Source: an uncultured Candidatus Saccharibacteria bacterium (GTDB lineage: Bacteria; Patescibacteriota; Minisyncoccia; Phycocordibacterales; GWA1-40-21). Taken from it: a stretch of DNA of 64,000 nt. This document shows, in pieces, positions 56,558-64,000 of the stretch. The notes beneath the pieces are model-generated. The model saw nothing but the letters and a program-made list of their open reading frames with translations, was not told the DNA's origin and searched no databases. Positions within the stretch are counted from its first letter, which is position 1. Each line of letters opens with the position of its first letter. The stretch spans positions 34,775 to 98,774 of the forward strand of contig CAZMNX010000001.1 in the NCBI GenBank assembly GCA_964567825.1, read 5' to 3'. A program made the position numbers and the translations under genes.

Positions 56558-56995
56558 CTAGTCCCGCTTCGGATCGGCCCAGAAGATCGCGTAGGCGATC
56601 ATTTCCGGGGTGACGTTTGTCACCTGGCCGATCTCATCGAAGTACCACGGAGTGGCCCGATTCAGGTCCATACCATCGGTACAGACGATGAGACCGAGCT
56701 TCTGCCGACTCTCCTGGCTCATGTCCAGGGCATTCCCCGCGATCATGAGCTTCCAGCCGGTGGCCTGCAGGAAATTCTGCAGATCGCCAGCCTTGATCGG
56801 AACGACCAGCCGGCCGTCCACGTACCGAACGCACCGCTCCTGAGGAACGATGACGTCGGCGGCCGCCTGCGCCTCGCCGCATCCCGGACAGGGCTTAGCT
56901 CCGCCCACCGAGACGCGGACCAGAGCCGCCGCCAGAAACAAGCCGACCCCGACCACCGCAATCACCCACAGGGTATCGCAAATGCGCTTCATCAT
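56558..56995 (-). CDS. GC-rich membrane-anchored hypothetical protein (CPGC motif)
   Basis: Start MMKRIC with SD AAGGGAG; N-terminal TM. Confidence 0.65.
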   Translation of the reverse strand: MMKRICDTLWVIAVVGVGLFLAAALVRVSVGGAKPCPGCGEAQAAADVIVPQERCVRYVDGRLVVPIKAGDLQNFLQATGWKLMIAGNALDMSQESRQKLGLIVCTDGMDLNRATPWYFDEIGQVTNVTPEMIAYAIFWADPKRD

Positions 56996-57131
56996 GACTT
57001 TCTCTCCCTTTATTTCAATCACCTATTGATCGCGTTGTGCGACCCGGGGTAGGTGAAACCCCACTGTCTAGTATGATAGCATACTTTAGGCTAAAAGTCA
57101 AGCACTTTTTAAGGCCCTAGGGAGGGAGTGT

Positions 57132-57824
57132 TTATAGGGCTAAGATAAAGCGTTCTAGAGCCACCGCGAAGTCTATTTCGCCACGATGAGCCTCGTGATA
57201 CATATTAAAAAGCTGTGAGGACATCTTTTTGAGCTTTTTTGAATCATAGTTTCGAAATTGCTGATCAGAAAGCATCTTTTTAACTTTCCAAAAGAAAATG
57301 CCGTGCACCTCTTCCGATGGCACTTTTTCCGCTAAAGCATCTTGATACAAAGTCCACAATTCCTTTTTATTTTTATCGCCTAAAGCATTAGCAAATTCAA
57401 AAAAATCAATCTTCTCCCCTTTTAAGGCTAGGGCCTCTTTTTTATTTAATTTTTTTTCTGGTTTTACAAATTCCTCAATCTTATTATTTTCACTCTCATA
57501 TTTCTTAAATTTCTCCAGTTCTTTTTTATTTAGCTTACCCTCTAAAAACACAAAAAAGTTTGGCGAGGTGCTGATATCCTTTATTTTTCCCAACAAAACT
57601 TCCCCGGTCTCTTCTTCATCACAAAGGTGATCAGCAAAAACTAAAGTTTTAGCAAAAAACAAACCCTGACTGGCGATCAATTCATCCAGCTTACTTTCTG
57701 AAAAATTCTCGACGTTTAATTTAAAAAAACCAGCATCCGCATGCTTCTTTTTAGCGGCCACAATATTCTTTTGGGCCACATTTCGGGCCTTGGCCGTGTC
57801 GGTACCGTGGAATAAGAAAAACAT
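57132..57824 (-). CDS. DNA polymerase III delta subunit-like protein (short HolA-like)
   Basis: FLFHGTD start, SQGLF, FEFANAL, ALERFIL end. Confidence 0.65.
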   Translation of the reverse strand: MFFLFHGTDTAKARNVAQKNIVAAKKKHADAGFFKLNVENFSESKLDELIASQGLFFAKTLVFADHLCDEEETGEVLLGKIKDISTSPNFFVFLEGKLNKKELEKFKKYESENNKIEEFVKPEKKLNKKEALALKGEKIDFFEFANALGDKNKKELWTLYQDALAEKVPSEEVHGIFFWKVKKMLSDQQFRNYDSKKLKKMSSQLFNMYHEAHRGEIDFAVALERFILAL

Positions 57825-57841
57825 GATTTAACTATAACCTA

Positions 57842-60229
57842 TTATTTAACTTTTTCCATCTCGCCCCAATTGTCCCCAATGGCAATTTCCGCCACACAAA
57901 CCACCCCCTTAGTATCCTTTGGGTCAATTACACTTTCCATTATTTTCTTAATTTTGGGAGCTAAATCTTTAATTAATTCTTCTTTTATTTCATACACCAG
58001 TTCATCGTGTACTTGTAATAGTAAATGAGCGTTAGTGGCACCGAGAAACTCATCCACCTTCACCATCGCCAATTTTACAATGTCCGCCTCGGTTCCCTGC
58101 ACCGGCGCATTGATCGCCATACGCTCGGCCATCGCCCGCATGAATGGTAATTTCGATTTTAAACCCTCAAAATAGCGACGACGACCAAAAAAAGTTTCGG
58201 TGTAGCCGGTACGTAAAGCGTCGGCTTTCACTGAATCTAAATATTTGGCCAAACCAGAAAATTTAGCAAAGTAATCATCGTAGAACTTTTGCGCTTCAGC
58301 GCGATCGGTACCAAGATTTACCTTCAAAGCCGAAACGCCCATCCCATACATGATGCCGAAGTTAATTATTTTCGCTCGACGACGCATTTCTTTATCTACC
58401 TTCTCAAGTGGCACGCCAAACACCTCGGAAGCGACCGCCGTGTGCACGTCCTCTCCTGTTTTAAAAATCTCAATTAATTTTTTATCGCTCGATAAAAAAG
58501 CAGCGATTCGTAATTCGATTTGTGAATAATCAAAAGCGACTAATTTATAACCAGGCGTGGCACAAAAAGCTTGGCGAATTTCTCGTCCCAAATCCGTTCT
58601 ATTCGGAATGTTTTGAAGATTTGGATCAGCCGAAGACATCCTCCCTGTTGTGGTCCCGGTTTGTAAAAATTTTGCGTGCAACCTACCATCTTCCGCCACC
58701 ATATTGGGAATATTATCAATATAAGTGGAGAGCATTTTTTGCAATTCGCGATATTCCAAAATAAGTGGAATTATGGGGCTCAAATCCTTCATTTTTTCAA
58801 GCTCACTTTCTTTAGTTGAAACCTTACCACCAGCCGTTTTTTTCTGATTCTTCACTTTCAAACCCATCTTCACAAACAAAACTTCCCCCATTTGTTTTGG
58901 TGAATTGATATTAAATTCCCCACCAGCTAAATCCCAAATTTTCTTTTCTAAAATTGCTAGTTCTTTATGATGAGTGACTGAAAGTTTATTCAAAAGTTCT
59001 TTATCTACCACAATTCCACGATTTTGCATTTTCTCAATCACTGGAATTAATGGTTTTTCAATCTTGTCAAAAACTTTGTCTAATTTTTTATCCTTTATTT
59101 CTTGCATCAAAGATTGATGCGCTTCTTTCAAAGTTTTCTTGGCCGAAAAACTTAAAATATCATTCAAATCTGGACTCGTTAGAGTTGAATTAATAATCCA
59201 CAGAGCAATAGCTGATTCCTTAAGCAGCGCCTCGTCAATAATTTCTATTACTGAATCCTTAACCTCGTCCACTAAACTCGACTGGGTTGGCACGGCGCCC
59301 ATCACCTCTTTAAATCTCGCACTCAATGTTCTGAACTCCAAATCAATCCACACCTTCGCAATTTTTTCAAAATCCAAATTTTCCTGCCAATTTTTAGCTG
59401 GAATTTCAAACTCAATTGGCGCATCTTTGCGAATGGTACCGAGCATTTTAGAAAACAAAGCCTCTTCCTCACCCTCTTCGAGTAATTTAAAAATTCGTTC
59501 GGTAATTCCGACTTTTTTGAAGGTCTCTAGTGCCCCCTTAGCCTTTAATTTTTTATAAATATCTTCGATGGTGCCAAAATTTTGAATTAGAATACTGGCC
59601 GTTTTTTCACCAATGCCTTTAATACCAATAATGTTATCTGATGGGTCACCACGCAGACCTTTATAATCTGGCAAAAGTTTCGGTTCAAAGCCAAACCTTT
59701 CCAGCACCGCCTTCTCGTTGTAAATGATAGTATCTTTAATACCCTTTTTTAAAGTGTAAACTCGCACTTTGTCGTCTACCACCAATTGCAAAGTATCCAT
59801 ATCGCCCGAAGCGATTACTACTTCATTTTGTTTAGCATTTTCTAAATCTTCAGAAATTATTTTAGACAAGGTGCCGATCATATCGTCGGCTTCAAAACCC
59901 TCTTTGGCAAAAATAGGAATATTTAGGGCTTCAAAAATTTCTCGCGATCTTTTTAATTGCGCCACGAGAGCATCATCGGTTTTGGCGCGGCCGGCCTTAT
60001 ATTCTTTATACGCTTCATGACGGTAAGTCGGTTTCGGTAAATCGTAGCAAGCCAAAATATAATCCGGTTTTAAATCGTCAATAATCTTGATCAGCATAGT
60101 CGACAAACCATACAAAGCCCCCGTCGGCTCGCCTTTACTGGTCGCAAAATCTGGCAAGGCATGATAAGCACGATGAATAATCGCGTGAACGTCGAGCAAG
60201 ACAAATTTTTGAACTTCTTTCTTAATCAC
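57842..60229 (-). CDS. polA: DNA polymerase I (5'-3' exonuclease plus polymerase; proofreading domain reduced)
   Basis: EADD, GD.D, GDPSDNI.G..GIG.KTA, TGRMSS..PNLQNIP, DYSQIELR, QVHDEL. Confidence 0.96.
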   Translation of the reverse strand: MIKKEVQKFVLLDVHAIIHRAYHALPDFATSKGEPTGALYGLSTMLIKIIDDLKPDYILACYDLPKPTYRHEAYKEYKAGRAKTDDALVAQLKRSREIFEALNIPIFAKEGFEADDMIGTLSKIISEDLENAKQNEVVIASGDMDTLQLVVDDKVRVYTLKKGIKDTIIYNEKAVLERFGFEPKLLPDYKGLRGDPSDNIIGIKGIGEKTASILIQNFGTIEDIYKKLKAKGALETFKKVGITERIFKLLEEGEEEALFSKMLGTIRKDAPIEFEIPAKNWQENLDFEKIAKVWIDLEFRTLSARFKEVMGAVPTQSSLVDEVKDSVIEIIDEALLKESAIALWIINSTLTSPDLNDILSFSAKKTLKEAHQSLMQEIKDKKLDKVFDKIEKPLIPVIEKMQNRGIVVDKELLNKLSVTHHKELAILEKKIWDLAGGEFNINSPKQMGEVLFVKMGLKVKNQKKTAGGKVSTKESELEKMKDLSPIIPLILEYRELQKMLSTYIDNIPNMVAEDGRLHAKFLQTGTTTGRMSSADPNLQNIPNRTDLGREIRQAFCATPGYKLVAFDYSQIELRIAAFLSSDKKLIEIFKTGEDVHTAVASEVFGVPLEKVDKEMRRRAKIINFGIMYGMGVSALKVNLGTDRAEAQKFYDDYFAKFSGLAKYLDSVKADALRTGYTETFFGRRRYFEGLKSKLPFMRAMAERMAINAPVQGTEADIVKLAMVKVDEFLGATNAHLLLQVHDELVYEIKEELIKDLAPKIKKIMESVIDPKDTKGVVCVAEIAIGDNWGEMEKVK

Positions 60230-60266
60230 GATTAAGGTATTATAGCATTTTCAAAACTTAATCTTG

Positions 60267-61661
60267 TCACTGTAAATATGGATAGCTACTTCCTTCATCA
60301 ATGATCCAAACGGAATCGAAATCCCAATCGGTGAAAGTCTCCTGTTGATACATGGCTGAGGTTGTGGTGCCTGTACCCAGAGCACTTTCCAACATTCCTG
60401 AAGTTTCGATATCCCAAAAAGAATAATTCACAGTACAACCAAAGGAAGAAAGACCAATTAGACCTCCGCGACCATCTCCGTCTCCACCAACAATCAAACC
60501 AGTAGAGTAAGAATTACTAATACTAGCCATGGAACACTGCCCAGCTAACCCGCCAACAGCACTAGACCCTTCTACACTCGCCAAAGAATATGAATTCGTA
60601 ATTCCACTATGACTCCCGATCGATCCGACCAAACCACCAACAGCATTCAACCCATTAACACTACCGGTCACATATGAATTTAAAGTGTCAGAATCCGCCA
60701 GTGCTCCAACCAAACCACCTACCGCGTTACCCCCAAAAATATTTACATCAACTAAGCCTAGATTAGAGATACTGCCCATTGAAAATCCAAAAAGACCGAC
60801 GTATCCAGTTTCTGGTAAATTGATAGTTAAATCGGATATTGTATAATTTTGTCCGTTTAAAGTACCGGCGAACTTATTTGATGGATTGCCGATCGGCTGC
60901 CAATCTGCTCCAAACTCATCATAACCGAAGGTATCAACATCGAGATTATTATTCAAAACAAAATAAGAATTTATAAGATAATATCTAATATTATTCAGTT
61001 GAGCCCAATTACAAATCTGATATGGGTTACCTTCAGATCCATCCCCTCCACAGAACTCTGGGGAGTATTCTCCGGCCACCCCTAAATAAGTTACCCCCTC
61101 TGCGACAAAAGGGGCTTTATCAACACCAAGCTGAGACAACAACTCGTAAATTTGAACCAAATTACACATGGAATTATTTGGAGGACCAGAAGGAGAACTG
61201 GCGTGGGCGGCGGCAGTCGTGGTGGTGTTGTTGTTAATCAAATTACAAATATCTTCTAAAGAATAACCAGTGGGATCACCGGGTGAACCGTGGGGAGTGA
61301 GAGAAGAAGCGATGACACTAGTGGTGGCATAAACAGGATCAGGATTTCCATAATCACCAGTGACTCCGAGGTAAACAGTACCGGTAGCCACATTTTCTCT
61401 TTTAATTAAATTTGCCAGGTCAGCATAAAGTTGCGATATGGAGTATGAAGAAGTGGCTGTGGGTGAAGTAGTTGGAGAAAAAGAATGATCACCCTCTACC
61501 GCTGTATCAATACTATGAATCAAATTATAAATATCAGTTGTTGTGTAATACATGGGCCTGACTTCTCCGGTGTTATATGCAAACTCAGCAACAACAAGAA
61601 CAGTAGACAAGATCAAAATCAAACAAACAAAAAATATTACTGAGCTAAAATTAGCTTTCAT
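60267..61661 (-). CDS. Secreted surface protein with GLUG-type repeats and a duplicated N-terminal module
   Basis: Signal/TM; GDGSEGNPYQI, repeated VGGLVG, NSY.TG.V; two 'Y...DI.NLI...YLGV.G.Y' modules. Confidence 0.8.
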   Translation of the reverse strand: MKANFSSVIFFVCLILILSTVLVVAEFAYNTGEVRPMYYTTTDIYNLIHSIDTAVEGDHSFSPTTSPTATSSYSISQLYADLANLIKRENVATGTVYLGVTGDYGNPDPVYATTSVIASSLTPHGSPGDPTGYSLEDICNLINNNTTTTAAAHASSPSGPPNNSMCNLVQIYELLSQLGVDKAPFVAEGVTYLGVAGEYSPEFCGGDGSEGNPYQICNWAQLNNIRYYLINSYFVLNNNLDVDTFGYDEFGADWQPIGNPSNKFAGTLNGQNYTISDLTINLPETGYVGLFGFSMGSISNLGLVDVNIFGGNAVGGLVGALADSDTLNSYVTGSVNGLNAVGGLVGSIGSHSGITNSYSLASVEGSSAVGGLAGQCSMASISNSYSTGLIVGGDGDGRGGLIGLSSFGCTVNYSFWDIETSGMLESALGTGTTTSAMYQQETFTDWDFDSVWIIDEGSSYPYLQ

Positions 61662-61718
61662 GAGAAAATTATATCACTCTGTGGTGAATTTTACATCTAT
61701 ATATAGACCATATGAGTG

Positions 61719-62162
61719 TCACCACACTATTTCCCGCTCGTTCTCCGAGATAAATTTAAAATTAAGTCTGATTAAATCTTTTGGCAAGACATCAATCACC
61801 CGCTCTGGCCATTCTAATAAAATTAAATTGCTTTTATCTTGGAGTATTTTTTCAAAACCCAAAACCTGTAACTCTCTTCCGGAGTCAAGACGATAAGCAT
61901 CAATGTGAATTAAGTTTTTAAAATTATTTTTACCGTCGAGCTGATATATTTTTTCAATTACAAAAGTTGGACTGGTCATAAACTCATTAATTCCCAAATG
62001 GCGACCGAGAGCTTGCGAAAAAGTGGTTTTACCAGAACCGAGGTCGCCAAACAAGCCGATGAGGGTGGCCGTTTCCTTTCCCTTTTCTAATTTAATAATC
62101 TTACTTAAAAAATCACCCGCAATCTTATTCGTCTCTTCTAAACTTTTACTTAAAAATTTCAT
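61719..62162 (-). CDS. tsaE: tRNA threonylcarbamoyladenosine biosynthesis ATPase
   Basis: GDLGSGKTT, SPTF, HIDAYRL, LEWPE. Confidence 0.94.
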   Translation of the reverse strand: MKFLSKSLEETNKIAGDFLSKIIKLEKGKETATLIGLFGDLGSGKTTFSQALGRHLGINEFMTSPTFVIEKIYQLDGKNNFKNLIHIDAYRLDSGRELQVLGFEKILQDKSNLILLEWPERVIDVLPKDLIRLNFKFISENEREIVW

Positions 62163-62236
62163 CGCTATATTTTAGCATAAAAAAAGGAGCGCGCTGGGAG
62201 ATTTTCCTCTCCCAAACGCGCCAGGCCCTTAGGCCT

Positions 62237-62575
62237 TCACCGTTGCCGTGGTGGTAATTGGGGCAACAGCCCCTGGAACTCCTGGCCCGATGGGGACTGA
62301 CTGACACCAGCCTGAGACCCGCCACCACTCGTTCCCCAACTCCAGTTCCCGCTGGTGTGCCAGGTACCACCATTGTATGGCACAACCGCCGCGCCATTGC
62401 CCGTGCTGCGGGCTTTGTTGTGATAGGTTGTCGTTTCCTTGATCGTACCATCGGGCAGGGTCACCCGCTCGTAGGTGGTTTCCCCGCTGTTTTCGGATTC
62501 TGACACCTGTGGTGCCGTCATGCACCCGCCCGCCAGCACGAGCCCAATCATCGCAAAGAACACTGTCGTTTTCAT
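62237..62575 (-). CDS. GC-rich putative lipoprotein
   Basis: MKTTVFFAMIGLVLAGG-C lipobox-like signal; SD AGGGG; own promoter (TTGACA-17-TATAAT) and terminator (62179-62222). Confidence 0.6.
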   Translation of the reverse strand: MKTTVFFAMIGLVLAGGCMTAPQVSESENSGETTYERVTLPDGTIKETTTYHNKARSTGNGAAVVPYNGGTWHTSGNWSWGTSGGGSQAGVSQSPSGQEFQGLLPQLPPRQR

Positions 62576-62722
62576 ATCGCATCCCCTGGTTAACCCACAC
62601 TATCACTCGGAATTTCGAAAACTACTATTCCACTATTATACACCCAAACGTCTTTCCTGTCAAGCACAATTATTCCCCCTAAACCCTTACAGCTCAAGCC
62701 TATTTTGTGGTATTATATTGGC

Positions 62723-64000
62723 ATGACCACCTTTGACAATGAAGACAAGCAAGAAAAAAGGCTTGAGGAATTACGTAAAAAAGAAGAGGAGGATGTAGTT
62801 CAAATTTTGGCCACCAAATATGGCTTGGATTTTATTGATCTTAGACCAATTCCAATTAATACCGACGCCCTTCGTTTGATTCCTGAGGATCTAGCTCGCG
62901 AAGCTAAAATAGCGGCCTATGATCGCGTGGCTAAAAAAATTCAAATCGTGGTTTTCTCTCCAAAAAATGAAAAGGCGGCAATTATTTTAAAGAAACTAGA
63001 AGCCGACGGTTACAAATTACAGATCAGTATGGCCACCACGGCCAGCCTAGAAAAAGCCTGGGAGCGCTATAAAGATTTATCTTATGCCGTAAATAGCACG
63101 GCCGGAACTTTTGATATTTCTACCGCCCAAGTGACCGACTTCATGGCTAAGATAAAAAAAATTGAAGATGTTTCTTTAATCATAAAAGATATTTTGGCCC
63201 TAAAGAAAGCTTATAAGATTTCCAAGATGATGGAGGCGATGATCGCCGGGGCTCTCGCTCTCTCGGCTTCCGATGTTCACGTCGAGCCGGAAGAAAAATA
63301 TGTTCGAATTCGTTTCCGACTTGATGGTGTGCTCTTAAATGTTTTTGATTTCGACGTGGAAACCTACGAGCTTCTACTTTCTCGTATTAAATTATTGTCG
63401 GGAATGAAATTAAACGTCAAAAATACCTCCCAAGACGGCCGTTTCAGTGTGAAAATTTTGGATAATGATATTGAAATCCGTTCCTCGATCTTGCCAGGAG
63501 CTTACAATGAATCCATTGTTATGCGCTTACTTAATCCTAAATCCATCGCCGTACCACTTGAAGAATTAGGTATCGAGGAAAGAACTTTAAACTCACTCAT
63601 GGAGCAAATTAACAAGCCAAACGGTATGCTTTTAATTACTGGTCCGACTGGTTCTGGTAAAACCACGACCCTCTATGCCTTCATGAAAAAGATTTCCACT
63701 CCGGATATTAAAATAATCACGATTGAAGATCCAATCGAGTATCACTTACCGGGAATTGTTCAAACTCAGGTGGAAGAAGAAAAAGATTACACTTTCCTAT
63801 CGGGTTTGCGCTCAGCCTTAAGACAAGACCCCGACGTAATCATGGTTGGAGAAATTCGAGACAGTGAAACGGCCACCATTGCCATTAACTCGGCCCTAAC
63901 TGGCCACTTGGTTTTTTCAACCCTACACACCAACACGGCCGCCGGAGCCTTCCCCCGCTTAATTGATCTCGGAGTTAATCCAAAAATTATTTCTTCCGCA
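62723..64000 (+). CDS. pilB: Type IV pilus/T2SS assembly ATPase PilB/GspE family (runs off window edge)
   Basis: Manual translation: ASDVHVEP, RFRLDG, QDGRF, TGPTGSGKTTTLY, EDPIEY, LRQDPDVIMVGEIRD, STLHTN. Confidence 0.9.
   Translation, partial: MTTFDNEDKQEKRLEELRKKEEEDVVQILATKYGLDFIDLRPIPINTDALRLIPEDLAREAKIAAYDRVAKKIQIVVFSPKNEKAAIILKKLEADGYKLQISMATTASLEKAWERYKDLSYAVNSTAGTFDISTAQVTDFMAKIKKIEDVSLIIKDILALKKAYKISKMMEAMIAGALALSASDVHVEPEEKYVRIRFRLDGVLLNVFDFDVETYELLLSRIKLLSGMKLNVKNTSQDGRFSVKILDNDIEIRSSILPGAYNESIVMRLLNPKSIAVPLEELGIEERTLNSLMEQINKPNGMLLITGPTGSGKTTTLYAFMKKISTPDIKIITIEDPIEYHLPGIVQTQVEEEKDYTFLSGLRSALRQDPDVIMVGEIRDSETATIAINSALTGHLVFSTLHTNTAAGAFPRLIDLGVNPKIISSA

Noticed and set aside
1-64000. 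Prophage, IS element or alternative genetic code
   Set aside because: No integrase, transposase or phage structural genes recognised; conserved genes translate full length with code 11 and some end in TGA

Overview
AT-rich, gene-dense bacterial DNA (standard code). It most resembles a Patescibacteria/Parcubacteria (CPR) chromosome; this is inferred from the type IV pilus genes, short housekeeping genes, many TrmB regulators and apparently leaderless genes. It carries housekeeping genes (tsaC, rplS, ruvX, gnd/zwf, rpsT, ruvA, murE-like, mutM, dsbA/dsbB, holA-like, polA, tsaE, pilM/N/O, pilB) and 7 tRNAs. The main feature is a ~21 kb locus (33.1-54.0 kb). There a single livH-livM-livG-livF ABC translocon is kept in canonical order but is split by exactly eight divergent pairs of a TrmB-family regulator and a LivJ-type binding protein. 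Each pair has a GTC-N9/10-GAC palindrome in its intergenic region (one has N13). Two unrelated RNase genes (PemK/MazF and NYN) in this locus share the same flanking DNA, including a convergent promoter that would make a small RNA. Other signals: a complete type III hammerhead ribozyme with flanking pseudoknots in a GC-rich two-gene islet; six GC-rich islets with their own promoters and terminators; two Cys-rich secreted proteins sharing an identical 174-bp leader around a thioredoxin-fold gene; tRNA-Ser-like direct repeats bounding gene cassettes; and a uORF/terminator attenuator before an ABC-F gene. All calls were made by eye, without database searches.
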